From: Octopus sinensis
Taxonomy: Eukaryota
Direction of reading: 5' to 3'
DNA length: 64,000 nucleotides
Assembly (NCBI RefSeq): GCF_006345805.1
Contig: NC_043001.1
Location: 56,544,001 to 56,608,000, forward strand
Made by a program: the position numbers and the translations under genes. Below, piece after piece: positions 1 through 14,235 of this stretch (positions are counted from its first letter, which is position 1; the number at the start of each line of letters is the position of its first letter). The notes under the pieces were generated by a model, which worked only from the letters and a program-made list of their open reading frames with translations, was not told the DNA's origin and made no database searches.

Positions 1-894
1 AACATGATCACACGATTTTAACCTTTTTGTAAAACAGGTACTCTATTGTCGACTGTATCACCTTTACTTTATGCAATACTTTGATATAATTTGATGGAAA
101 TTTGATTGTTATTGAGGAGCAGATCGGGTGACTGCATAGAACATGGCTCACTGATTGACAGATTCCTCTGAAGACCAATTATGCTTTTCTCAGTTTCATT
201 ATTGGTTACTTGAAAATTTTCCTTCATGCCTACATTTAGATTGACAAAATTTCTTCTTCATAACCAGCTTAATAACTTATAGCGTTGTGAATATTTTCAT
301 CAACATTTATCTGTACAGCTTAAGAATCCAGTGTAATCATAAATTTTAAATCTTAAGCGGTTTGATGTGGATTATTTTTCAAACGTTTATCAGGTTTCGT
401 TCTGGTTGAACTTTTCTGTTTTGTGTTGAGACTCGTGTGCTTATACATGGTGGCCAGTCATCAGTTAATGTGACCTCGAGGAAATTATACGGAATAAAGA
501 ATACACTAATAAAATGCAAAAACATTTACAAAGTAAATAACGCACAACTCACAAAAATGAATGTTCAATAGTACAGCTAAGTGAAACACACTACAAGTCA
601 ATCAAATAATGCTCTTCTTGGTTATAATAATGAACTACAGCTTTCTTAACGATTTGATTATGAGGAGTGAAGTACTTTGTCGTGGACACAACGTATCTAG
701 TCATAAAAAAGCATTGTATGCTCTCTAAGTATACGGTTAAGTTGCATGTGCTAAAATTCAAACAAGATCAATAAAGAATCATACTGATATTTGTGTGCAT
801 GCATATGTTTATGCATGCATATTAAGTATTATTATCTTGTGTGTGAAAGAAAAAAAAAAGATTATTCCTTAAATATATTTTAACATTTAATGTC

Positions 895-1027
895 TCACAT
901 AAAATGTAAGTTAATATCTATTAAAACATCATCAAAATCATTGAAACTGTCTGGGCCAAAGTTATCCATCAGGAAGCGATCAACTCTATATCTTTCTGAT
1001 GCCGAATGCTGCCTTTTCTGCTGGAAT
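895..1027 (-). CDS. Candidate terminal coding exon of an unidentified gene
   Basis: Strong acceptor tgtttcattttcccAG (AG at 1029-1028). Open frame (R)FQQKRQHSASERYRVDRFLMDNFGPDSFNDFDDVLIDINLHFM ending in TGA at 897-895. Followed by about 900 bp of non-repetitive AT-rich, UTR-like DNA. Protein not recognised. Confidence 0.45.
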
Positions 1028-1469
1028 CTGGGAAAATGAAACATGTCGGAAAAGTCTTAATGCTTTAGTCATAGTAAGAAAGACATTGAACATTAATCTC
1101 CAGGGCCTCCTAGACTGATTGAGAATTTTTTTCTAAATTCCTGTTCGTATTCTTATAACAGAGAGGACTACGCAAAACATATCCAAGAGTCAAATGATAG
1201 CGTTAAATCGTGCGACAGATCAAGTCTACTACAGACTAATTAGAACCGTCGTTCCAGCTGCTCTCCGTCTGCAGCTGACTATGACAGAAAACACTTCCAC
1301 AAAATAGCGTTTAGTGTGATCGAACGCGATACTACATAACTGTGGGCTTTATAACCACGAAGAAGAACAGAGAGGGAGACTGAGCGAAGAAAAGAGAATG
1401 AAAGATATGAATAATTATTGCAGTATTGTCTCGTGTAACATTAGAGCAACGTCATATCAAAAATAATAA

Positions 1470-1682
1470 TTTCAAATTTTGACACAAGACCAGTAAATTC
1501 GGGAGAGGGGATAAGTCGATTATATCGACCCCACTGTTCAACTGGTACATATTTTAAGGATTCCAAAAGGGTGAAAAGCAGAGTCGACTTTGGAGGTATT
1601 TGAACTCAGAACGTAAAGTCAGAGGAAGAACCGTTATGCATTTTGTCCAGTGTGCTAAGGATTCTGCCAGCTTGCCGCCTTC
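1470..1682 (-). mobile_element. tRNA-derived SINE (octopus family with GTTCAAATTCCGCCGAGGTCGAC-type core)
   Basis: Homologous to many copies in the window (gaactcagaacgta, gtcgattatatcgacccc, aagaccagtaaattc). Confidence 0.8.
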
Positions 1683-2327
1683 ATATCATCAGTAATTTAA
1701 CGACATTACGTCAAGGACACATTCACTGTACACCACTGTTCATTCAGTACCTTTATTATGAAAACAAACTTGTCCATTATTTACAGAATTCCTCAACTCT
1801 TAGATATAGAACTGTAAACTTGTCCATGCTTTGATAACACTCGATGAAAATTCTGAAATCCGATGTAAATGCTAGGTCTAATAACTACTGACAATTTCTA
1901 TGCTTAGTTAAATGTCTCTCCTTGGAATTTCAAAACCTAATTGTTGCTGATTCTTCGCAAACCTGAAAGGTATCTCACAATGGATTGCTACTACTGCTAC
2001 ATACAAAACATCCTAGAACGGAAGCAAAATACATCTTTTTATTTTGATTTTCAAGAACCTGCAAACACACTCCATCCACTAGCCTATGAGCACACCGCCT
2101 CCTCGCTCAGAACAACGTTCTCTCTACCGAAGCCTTAGGTAGCTGAATGACCCAGCCTACGATCCTAACTCGACACTCACCTTCATTTCTCATCTCATTC
2201 TTTAAGTGTGTCTCGTTGCAAATAGTCAATATTTACTGCGTTGGACGTAAAATTATTGCATTAATTTCTCTCACATTCAACGTTTTATAAACCTTATATG
2301 TATATATATTTATATCAATATATATAT

Positions 2328-2385
2328 AGGTGCAGGAGTGACTGTGTGGTAAGAAGCTTGGCAGTTTGGGCAAGTGTCTTCAGAT
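2328..2385 (+). mobile_element. Head fragment of a CORE-type SINE (OR-like)
   Basis: ggtgcaggagtgactgtgtggtaagaagctt...ttgggcaagtgtcttc matches the head of the full copy at 58871. Confidence 0.6.
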
Positions 2386-2665
2386 GTTGCACGGACGACG
2401 GCCGAACCATGACAGAAAGATCAGGCTTGGCCGAACACCGGTCACGTGGGGAGAGAAGTGAGAGAGATAGAGTCAGAGGGACAGAAGAATTAAGGAGGGG
2501 CAAGAAAAAAGGAGAGAAGGCAGGGAAATTTGAGAGAGGGGGAACGAAAGAACGGAGATTGGAATGAACGAATAAGCGTGAAAGGGTTGATAGAAAGAAC
2601 AGAGTCATACAAGATTTCGATAAATTTATACTTACATATAAGAGACCAAAGTGCATGTACGCTGC

Positions 2666-2727
<62 letters not shown>

Positions 2728-2935
2728 ACGAGAGAGAGAGAGATAGATATAGATATATACATATATATATATATATATATGTTGCTTAGGCGTTGTGTGG
2801 CTAATAACTTGGTTGTAGAACTCAGTATACGTATTCTTCTGAACGAAATATAGTCTAGTGCAGAGCAGTAATAAGAAAATGAGATGACAACGGAATCAGC
2901 TATTAATTTATGAACTTCATAAAATACTCGTTTAT

Positions 2936-2987
<52 letters not shown>

Positions 2988-3689
2988 TTATTTATATTTA
3001 TATATATATAGTCCTCAAAATTATTCATACCCTTGTTAATTTTCGTGACTTTTTGTTTTTGTGATGAAATGAGTGCATTTTGTCAAGTTTGTTTATGAGT
3101 TATGAGTTATATGTGACTAACATATTTGAATATTCATGAATAAAAATCCCCTGAAATAAAGAATTTCTAGAATTGTGTATTGTTGTTATTATTTCACTTG
3201 TTGGTTACATATAACTCATAAAAAAAACCTGAAAGGCATTCATTTCATTACAAAAATAAAGAAAAAATCACAAAAATTAACAAGGATATGAATAATTATG
3301 AGGACAACTGTATATATGCACATATATGTATTCAATCTCTCAAACACACAACACACACACACACACACACACACACGTATGTTTTGATATATGATGCATT
3401 TATGCCTGTATGTTTCTGACGACAGCTTGTTCAGTTTTCGACAACTTTCCATAATTCGAACAAAGATATCAAGCAGTTATTGAGCTCCTGCGTGACCGTT
3501 GGTTTTGCTAGAAATAGCAACAAAATATGCTTCAAATCACGCATATCATGTTAACAGAACAAATAATTCGACCATGATAACCATTGTGCATCCACTTTTA
3601 CCCACTAAATAAAAAGTAAAGATGAAATAATTATGGTTTTAACCCATGTGATCTTAGGTCTACCCGCATCATTATAGCTGACCTACGGT

Positions 3690-4070
3690 TAAACAACAAG
3701 AACAACTGCAGCAGCAGCAACAACAGGAAAAACAGCAGCAGCAGCAACAAGAACAACAACAAAGACACCGACGTCGACGACCACAATGAACCAACAAATA
3801 TTCAGCTGACTGTATCTGATATTTCAGTTTCTCCATTGACGATGACACCGACAATAATATTGATGATCATAGCAACAGTAGCGGGCGTAGCTGCAACAGA
3901 AGCAGCAACAAATGAATCAGTAATAACGGAATAGCAGCAGCAGCAGTGGCAGCAATATCAGCAACAGCAACATCAGCAGCAGCAATAACGGCGATAGTTG
4001 CAATAACAGCAGCAGCAACAGCAGCAATAACGACAGCAATAATAGCAGCAGCGGTAATCGGTCGTTCTTA
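3690..4070. repeat. Degenerate (CAG/CAA/AGC)n trinucleotide tract
   Basis: Direct inspection; stops interrupt the apparent polyQ frame. Confidence 0.85.
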
Positions 4071-4340
4071 CAACACATAATGATTAGAGTCTTTTGAATC
4101 ATGAAGAGAGAGAGAGAGAAAAAAAGAGAGGGGGGGCGAACACAGGGGAGAAAGCGAGAGATGAAGAGAAGGAGAGACAGAAAGAGAGAACAAGTGTGGA
4201 AGAGCAGAGAATGTAAGAGAGTGAAGGAGTGAGACAGGTAGACTGTAGGAAAGAGAAATGGAGGAAGGCTGAATACTCATTATTGTGTAGATGACAAATT
4301 AATTAGAAATTAAAAGGTACCTTGGCTAATTCTAATTTAC

Positions 4341-4440
4341 CTTTGATGGTCGTCTCCGCTTGGATTGCCAAGAACACTCCAAGGTAAATGTCCATTCCCA
4401 ATTACAGATATATAATCACTCCCACTTTTTACTGGCTTTT
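4341..4440 (-). CDS. Candidate internal exon upstream of the 895-1027 exon
   Basis: ggctatcAG acceptor and AG|GTAAAT donor. 100 nt, open: (E)KPVKSGSDYISVIGNGHLPWSVLGNPSGDDHQ(R). The phase-2 end matches the phase-2 start of the 1027 exon. Confidence 0.4.
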
Positions 4441-4559
4441 CTGATAGCCAATACAATTTATGACTGCATTATCTAAATCAATCAAGGAGAGCCCATACAA
4501 GTTGCAGCCAAAATAGCTGTTAAATCATCATGGAGTCGTCATCATCGTCATCGTCATTG

Positions 4560-5300
4560 TTGTTATTGTAAAATAGCCCCAGGTTTACTTTGATCAAGCA
4601 CTCCTATGAAACCCAGGTTGGTGGCTGACCATCGCGGCGCGACCCACAGATACATCGTAATAGTTATATTAATATTCATTAAAGCCGAACAACCATTGGA
4701 TAATGCACGATACACAGCTTTACTCTCTGAATTATTATGGTCAACACCTGTGTTTTGCACATGTACATCGTCTCTGAATGCAGGAGTCGATTTCTCACCA
4801 GACTGAAACAGCTCTAGAGGTGTTACAGAGCTGCCCGGTGCCACCCATCGATGCCGGTGACAAAACTCTCACACAAGCTTTGTTGAATCAGGTGTTGTGG
4901 CCAGATGTTTCTATTCTTGCAGCGCTACTCGTTCTCTCTCTTGAGTCAGGTGCATTTTCTTCTTTCTGCAGAGGCTTCAGACAATTTTCTGGCAATATCT
5001 TTTGTCTCCTTCGCAGCGGGTCCAAGACTCCTGAACATCAAGTGAACCCTTGTTCCAACAACTCCTCTACCACATATCCCTACATGAAGGCGTATTCTCT
5101 CCCATCCATTGCTGTCAGAAAGTTTATCCAATTCACTGTATTTTTTGTCTTTCTTGAAAAAATTATCTTTGACACTAGCTTCCTCTGTCCCTTTTATATG
5201 TGTATTTACGAAGAATCCAGTAAAGGCCAACGCTAAGGCTGGAAAAGCTTGCTCGGTCGGAGCGCGACTGTCACTGAATATTTGTAAATATTGTTTATGG
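4560..5300 (-). mobile_element. 5'-truncated HERO-clade non-LTR retrotransposon (RLE C-terminus plus 3' UTR)
   Basis: KKYSELDKLSDSNGWERIRLHVGICGRGVVG...SLG...ARKLSEASAERRKCT*LKR parallels the HERO C-terminus (KY.EL....GW....P.EVGCRGF...A.RAS.WLW.KR). The 3' UTR ends in simple repeats near 4560. Confidence 0.75.
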
Positions 5301-5571
5301 CTGCCATTTTAGTGCAGTGCTTAAGACCAGTGAAATTATTGATGTTACAACTATTTCTGTACACATGTTTCTTTTCTTTTCAATGTATCTCCCAGCGGGT
5401 TGAGGGACTCAGTGCTTTAAGATGCTGTCATAAAAGTCTTTTGAGGCAATATATATATGTTTGTGTGTGTGTGTGTGTGTCGCTACGTCTTTGGAAGTGT
5501 TTTTTCGTGTAATTACAGAGAATGTTAGATTTGAAGCTTGTTACGCAATGACGAAACTTCTTACACAATAC

Positions 5572-5644
5572 CTTGACCAGCAAGATATTGCCACCAATTA
5601 TTATGGGTATATTGTAATATCATTTCAATATAATAGTATTGTTG
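5572..5644 (-). CDS. Speculative exon
   Basis: ccacAG acceptor (weak pyrimidine tract) and AAG|GTATTG donor. QQYYYIEMILQYTHNNWWQYLAGQ, phase 0 to 1, compatible with the 4440 exon. An alternative plus-strand exon reading of the same DNA also exists. Confidence 0.2.
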
Positions 5645-5689
5645 CTGTGGTACCGGCAATATATCATTGGTGATGGTCGTGGTAGTTTT

Positions 5690-6137
5690 AATATTAGTAG
5701 TTATGGTAACAGTAACGGTGGAAAATTATTGGCGAAGATGGAGGTAATAGAAGTGGCGGCATTGGCAGTAGTGGCGACAATGGTTGTGGTGGTTGTGATA
5801 ATGGTAATGTTGTTACTGTATTTGTGGTGGTTTTGGTGGTATTAATGATGGAGATATATATCAGCAGTGATTATGGTGATATTGGTAATGAGGGTGGTGG
5901 TGGTGGTGGTAGTGGTGGTGATTATGTTTAGACGGTAGTGGCGATGGTGGAAGTCATACAGTTGTGACCGAAATGAAACTAGACTTGGTGTTGTTAGTAT
6001 TCTTTATAGTGATAGAAGTTACATTATTGTAGTTGAAATTATAGTAGAGGTAGCTGAAGTAGGTGTGATTGTATTGATACTACTACTGTCAAATGTGGTA
6101 GTAGTGATTGTAATTGTATAAGTTGTGAGTAATGTCG

Positions 6138-6169
<32 letters not shown>

Positions 6170-6430
6170 TGTGATGGTATCGGCGATGATGGTGTAGGAA
6201 ATGGCAGCAATGGTAGTTTTTATTGCAGTCATTTGTAGTTGTTGTTATTGTTGGTAGAAGTGGCTGTATGGGTGGTAGTGTTGGTGGTAATAGTAATTGT
6301 AGCTCTAGTGATAGTAATAGTTGTGGCTGTAAGTGGTGGTTCTTACTACGTTGGTTGGTGGTGGCTGTGATGATGGTAGTAGTTGTTAGTGTTCGTTGTG
6401 GTCTCAGTTCAGGTAGCAGTAGGTGGATGG
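5690..6430. repeat. Degenerate (GGT/AGT/GAT)n low-complexity tract
   Basis: Direct inspection. Confidence 0.85.
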
Positions 6431-6589
6431 TTGGAAAGAGAGGTATTCAATTTATTTATTGTTTCACCTTTTGTTTGTTTTTTTTGTTTCATTGTTATTT
6501 TATTTTGCTTTTATTGATGGTAAGTGAATGAAATATATTGGTGGAAAGATAACAGCAGCAACAGGAAGAGTGAGCTTAATGAGAGTTGT

Positions 6590-7570
<981 letters not shown>

Positions 7571-8066
7571 TGGGAGGGGTGATTGGTGCGAGTGATAACA
7601 TCTTGTTAGTGGTCTGGTGATATTTAGGGCATTTTATCTAAATGTCTTCAAGTAATTAGTTTTGATGGCTTCATTAAGAATTGCAGTAAAGCTCTTAGTG
7701 CCTCTGAGCCAAGGAATGGTTTTGATTTCACTTGAAAGTTTCCTCTGAGAATTAACTGTCATTTTCCATCTTTAGAATACATAAAATGCATAGCTCCATC
7801 GAGAGAGAATAGAGAGAATGGGTTGGTATACATGTATATGGTATATGTTGTACGTTGCGTAAACGATGTGTATGGTGTGTTATTAAATGAGATAGTGTAG
7901 AGGCGATGTATGTTGGAGGTGGTGGTGGTGTTGGTGGTGTGCGCACATACAGAGTGATGGGGACATGTGCAGATATAATATACTGAGCAAACAAAATTTT
8001 GATAAACAAGTCTATTACAAACGTTGTGTTGCTGATTGTATAGACATGATGAATAAAATGCGATAA

Positions 8067-8141
<75 letters not shown>

Positions 8142-8560
8142 ACACGCATACACAGAGACACAGAGACACAGAGACACAGACATACATAGATATAAATGCA
8201 CATGCATACTCACACAAACATCAATTTAGGTGTATGGTGTGTGTATGAGAGTGCATGTATGAACCACGTAATGATATAAAAGGTGTGAGCCGTGAAATAG
8301 ATGATTACATATATTGACGTGTATAAGCAAGCTGCACACGTGTTGCCTGGCAGGGTGTCTGTGTATCTATGCATGAGTGTGTGTGTATGTGTGTGTGTGT
8401 GTGTATTGTGTGTGTGTGTGTGTGAGTGTGTGTGTGTGAGTGTGAGCGTGGGTGTATGTGTTTGTATCGCAATGAATGCATTTTCATTACTAGTTTTCAC
8501 GTGTGAGTATATGTACATACATGCATATGTGTGTGTGTGCGTGTGTGTGTGTGTGTGCGT

Positions 8561-8603
<43 letters not shown>

Positions 8604-8650
8604 TGTGTGTGCACGTATCTATCTATCAATATATATATATATATATATAT
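8067..8650. repeat. (TATC)n plus (TG)n/(TA)n microsatellites
   Basis: Direct inspection. Confidence 0.9.
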
Positions 8651-9339
8651 ATAAGCAAAAGAGAAATTAATGCAAGAATACGGAGACCAATATATTTCAA
8701 TTTAAAGATGGAAATTCCTTCGGTTATATTACTACTAATAGTTTAACCCCCTCGGGTAATGTGTTGGCATGTATATATATATATATGTGTGTGTGTTTGT
8801 GTATTATTATATATGCATGCATGTTGGTAAGTACACGCACACACACATATATACAGAAATTTAGACACACTACTCCCCATTCTATCTCCTTCTGACACAC
8901 GCATACTGCATATATGCATTAAAATGATGAGAGGAGAAACTGGGTAGAATAGATAAATGAAATGTAAGGCTGGTAGAGTGTATAGATAGAGTGCATACAT
9001 AGAGGAACGAATAGATTAATAGATAGACAGATAGATGGGTAAAGAGAGAGAGGGGACGAGAAAGAGAGAGAAACAGAGTAATAATATTAGAAATATCTAG
9101 AATAGAAATGGAACAAGATTCTATCTGAGAGTATTTCAAATAATACCGTAAATGATGAGGATTTTTTTTTCTTATTGGTGTTTAAATATGGACAGAAAAG
9201 AACTGTGAGCAGTATATCTACCGTTTTTAATAGACACACGAATAACGTTTGTTCGTGGGAAAAGACCTATCTGTTAACTAATTATGACAGAGATATTTCA
9301 CATACTGTTCCCATAACAAGCAAACGTTTTCCCCTTAAA

Positions 9340-10260
9340 AGCATTATTATTATTATTATTATTATTATTAGGTGGTGAGTTAGTAAAAACTTCTGTACAC
9401 CGGATGGTATGCTTGGCAGTATTTCGTCTGTCTTTACATTCTGGGTTCAAATCCCGCCGAAGTCGACTTAGCCTTTCATCCTTCGATGTTGATGAAACAG
9501 GTAACAGTTAATCACTGGGATCGACGTAATTAACTAATGCCCTCCCACCTCTATAGAAAGGATTACCAGAATTATTAATGCGGTGAACAAGCAGATTTGT
9601 CAGCACGGAAGAGAAAATGTCTCGCGGCATTTCGTCCATCTTTACATTCTGCGTTCAAATTCTGCCGAGGTCGAGTTTGTCTTTCATCCTTTCGGAGTCG
9701 ATTAAAGAAGTACCAGACAAGTACTGGGGTTAATGTAATCGATTTTTCCCCTCCACTGAAATGGCTGGCTTTATTCCTCTCCACTGAAATGGCCATTATT
9801 ATTGTTATTACTATAACGGCGGGCTGGCCAAATCGTTAGCACGACAGACAAAATGTTTAGAAGCATTTCGTCTGTCTTTATGTTGTGAGTTCAAATTCCA
9901 GCGATCTCGACTTTGTCTTTCATCTATCGGGAGTCGATAAAATAAGTACCAGTTACGCAGTGGGGTCGCTGCGATCGACTAGCCCCCACCCTCAAAATTC
10001 AGGCCTGTGCCTTTACTAGGAAAAATTATTATTATTAACGAATTGCAATTGGCAGATAGAATCGTAAAATGTCGGACAAAATACGCTATGGTATATTTTC
10101 CTGACGTTTTTACATTCTGAGTTCAAAATCCACGGCTGTCATCTTCAGCTTTCATTCTCCTAAGGCCGAGGAAGTAATAAACCCATCAAATACCGAGACT
10201 GATTTAAATGAAATCTTCCAAATGTGTTTCGTTGTTTCTTAGTTAGAATTTATTATTACT
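9340..10260 (+). mobile_element. Head-to-tail array of 4 diverged tRNA-derived SINE copies
   Basis: Four recurrences of gcatttcgtc...acattctg(a/g)gttcaaat...gtcgact...tttcatc...aagtaccag, separated by (ATT)n spacers. Confidence 0.85.
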
Positions 10261-10613
10261 ATCTTTGTTTTTGATCATCATTAGTTTCATGATTGTAAAT
10301 TCCTTTATCATCCTCTATCATCATAATAATTCTAATCGTTAGCATCACGAGTAGCATCATTAGTATCACCTTTAACATTATTCTCCTCCTCCTCTTTTCC
10401 ATTCCTCCTCCTCCTCTTCTCCATCCATCCTCCCCACTCTGCCTCCCCTCCCCTCCTCCCTCACCCCCTCTCCATCTCCCCATCGTCTTCTTTACTGTCA
10501 TCATCATCGTCCTTACTGTCACCCATCTCCTCTTCCAGTCCTTTCTCCTCCCCCACCTCCTCAGCGTAATCATATCCACATTAATCATCATCATTATTCC
10601 AATTAGCGCAATT

Positions 10614-10645
<32 letters not shown>

Positions 10646-10652
10646 AATAATA

Positions 10653-10705
<53 letters not shown>

Positions 10706-10960
10706 CGACAAGGACAACCAGAACAACAACAGCATACATCATCCTCACCATAGACATCATTTTCATCATCAAATTCACCCTTTCTTTCACTCCTCCACCT
10801 TCTCTTCCTCCTTCACTTCTCTCTACTCCTCTTTTTCCACTCCTTTTCTTCCTTCTCCTCCTCCTCCTCATCATCATCACCCTCATCAGCCCAGTTCTTC
10901 CAACGTTTATAATAGTAAGGAACGCTTCGTCTCTACTCATCTTTCTCTCATTCCCCATTA
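10260..10960. repeat. (CAT/CCT/GAT/AAT)n compound trinucleotide tract
   Basis: Direct inspection. Confidence 0.9.
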
Positions 10961-13213
10961 GCCTACACACGTCTTAGTCAGATTCCGTTTTTTTCCCTTT
11001 ATTTATATTTACTTCTATTTATTTATATATTTCCACATTTATTCATCTAATCATTTCTATATTTCTATATTTTTAGTTGTTTTCCTACAAGTATCATTAA
11101 CAGGTTGGATTATTATTATTTTTTTATTTTTTTCCCGTCTGTTTTTGTTTCACATTCAAGTAATTCCCTATCACTATTCATAAGAATTCTTGTGAATAAT
11201 TAACTCAGACTTCGTATTCCATACTGCTATGTTCTTAGTTTAATTACCCATTGCTTGTATGTTTCTTTTCACATCAATGTAGATAGCCAGGTGACAGAGA
11301 CACACGATAACGCGATCAAAGGAACATATTCTTCAAACTTCTATTTCTTTTTCTACATTTATTTATCCGTTATTCATACAACGTATTTATGCATCATCAT
11401 ATTTCCTTCCCACCTTTCTTCAATAACATGCAATACTATTGCCTCTTACATATCCCTACCATACACCCATAGAAATACACACATACATAGATAGATAGAT
11501 AGGTAGATAGATACATACATACATAATACATACATACATACATACATACATACATACATACATACATACATACATACATACGTACATACATACATACATA
11601 CATACATACATACATACATGTATAGATACATACATGCAAACAGAGGCTCACGTATTTACAAAAATGTATATATATTTTATACATATGTGCTTATATATAT
11701 GTAATATATACATTTGGTAGAAAAGTAATCACTTAATAGTGGTGTACAGATATATTCGTTCAAAGTTGATGATTCACTTCATCACGAGGTTTACACTTTT
11801 GTACATTCATTGTGTATATGCATATATTTGTCAGTATGTGTGTACGTGTACATATGTGTTAATAAACACACACACGCCCATTTATATTAGCACGGACACG
11901 CTATCTTAAAGATAGCGTATCTGGCATTGGGTTTTGAATATAATGATATCCTCATCTATCACTCATTCTCTCTCTGTGAAAAAATGTTTATGTCTGTGTG
12001 TTTGAATGTATATGTTTGTATGCGTTTATACACAAACACTTATTCTTTTATATATTTCAACCTTGAGGCTGCAGCCATGCTGTGGCACCGCCAGTAAGTA
12101 TCAAATGTCATGAAAATGAGTTTAGAGAATCGTCTCAAAGCAGCTAGTAGCATTAATTTGAACAACTTAGCAAATACTTTTACATCAAATACCTTACAAC
12201 ATAATTCGTAATTTATTAGAATTATGTCTGCCTCCATAGCGACATCATAATTACCAAATTGTGATTGGGACTAGTCCATGTGAGAAGGTGAGACAATCTC
12301 AAGACGCAAGAATATGTCAAAATTGCACCCCTTTAAAGAAAGCGATAGGATTGTTGTCCGGAGAAAAGAGGATAGTCAGGAAAGCATGTTTCTACCTCAG
12401 TAGGCATCATCAACACGACGGTTGTTTCGCCTTAACTTCAGCCAAGGGACTTCGACGAATATATAAAAAAAGATAGAAAATATCGATGCACGTCGTATAT
12501 CCTCTATGTGTTTTATTCCTATTTTTTTCCTATTTTTCGACATTCCTTTCCTTTCTCTATCCTTTACATAACCTGTTAACATCAGATTTTAGACAATTGT
12601 ATACCGGAGTAAACGCTGTTTAAGATATTGTTCTCTTCTCTTTCGTTTTGCTGCCAGGTCCCCCAACTTCCCTCTCCCCACTAAGGACTGAACCCGGAAC
12701 CATATGATTGGGAGACAAGCTTCTTACCACACAACCACGCATTCGCCTATGATATGTGCAATGTATTTTTGCTGTTATTGTTGTTTACTTCGAGGTTACA
12801 TAGCAATATTAAACATGATAGAAGCTGTTTCAGTCATGAGTAATTTGTGCTTTTATAAGATTTCCTGAGTGCGTGATAAAAGGGTCATTTGGCTGGTATT
12901 TCAATCAGTCTCAGCGATGGCTACGACGTTAGGCCATTAATTGTTGCGAAAAGGTTCTGTTTCTGATGCATACCTATGATCAAAGGTGCTCCAGTTGTGA
13001 ATTAGGTGATGATAATGATAATATGCTCCGGCGAGCAATTCGAGAGAATTTTGCTTGCTATCTATAGAATTTTAAGCCACTACCTAAGTGGTTGACATTT
13101 GTATACTCCAAAATATATATATATTCATAAAAATCGGTGTGTTTGTTTGTGTAGATGTGTGCATTTGTCAATAATGCGTATATTTTCGTGTTACTGTATA
13201 TCTATAAATTATT

Positions 13214-13622
13214 TTCTACTCTAGGCACAAGGCTCGAAATTTTTGGGGAGGCGGCCAGTCGATTAGATCAACCCTAGTGTTTCACTGGTACTTAATTTAT
13301 CGACCCCGAAAGTATGGAAGGCAAAATCGACCTCGGCGGAATTTGAACTCAGAACGTAGAGCATTTCGCCCAGCGTGCTAACGTTCCTTATTTCTTTATT
13401 ACCCACAAGGGGCTAAACACAGAGGGGACAAACAAGGACAGACAAAGGGATTAAGTCGATTACATCAACCTCAGTGCGTAACAGGTACTTAATTTATCGA
13501 CCCCATAAGGATGAAAGTCAAAGTCGACCTCGGTGGAATTTGAACTCAGAACGTAGCGGCAGACGAAATACCGCTAAGCATTTCGCCCGGCGTGCTAACG
13601 TTTCTGCCAGCTCGCCGCCTTA
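13214..13622 (-). mobile_element. Two adjacent SINEs with the same head but different 3' tails
   Basis: 13386-13622 is a full copy with tail ...gccccttgtgggtaataaagaaata. 13214-13385 is 5'-clipped with tail ...gagccttgtgcctagagtagaaaa. Both are little diverged. Confidence 0.9.
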
Positions 13623-14190
13623 GTATAACTATATATCGATGGTACTGTGTTTGATTTGAGGTGAGATTTGGTTATTATTTTTATCGGGCCTACCAACAAT
13701 GTAGAGCCAACAAAAAAAAAAAACGGAAAGCGAGAAACACAGAAATACATTGCAATTCTTTGAACATATAAACACATATACTTAATATTCCAGCAACGTA
13801 CACTTCTAGACGAAATATTCCGTCTGTATGCTTTTCACTACAGATATCTTAAGCGGCATACAGTTGCGATATTACATAGGTTTTTAAGGTCATGTTTGAA
13901 AGATGAGTGCTGCTATCAGGTCAAACGTGATTGGCCGTATTACAAAGTCTGTAAGGTGATTCTCAAGAGAATACATTTGTTGAATCGCTATTAATTTACA
14001 TACATTAAACTGCGAGAGTAACATTAGCTTTTTTTATACAAATCATCATCACCACCACCGGCTCTACCAGTACCACCACCACCACCACCACCACCACAAT
14101 TACCACCACCACCACCACCACAATTACCACCACCACCACCACCACCACCACAATTACCACCACCACCACCACAATTACACCACCACCACC

Positions 14191-14235
<45 letters not shown>

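Noticed and set aside
3690-4070. PolyQ-like coding exon
   Set aside because: Interrupted by stops, with no splice context; degenerate triplet repeat.
5518-5607. Plus-strand exon reading NVRFEACYAMTKLLTQYLDQQDIATNYYG
   Set aside because: Overlaps the minus-strand candidate and cannot be discriminated; it shows how easily chance exons arise here.
12405-12450. Minus-strand ctgaagt...cgaaac motif
   Set aside because: The core is wrong at position 9 and no stems close.
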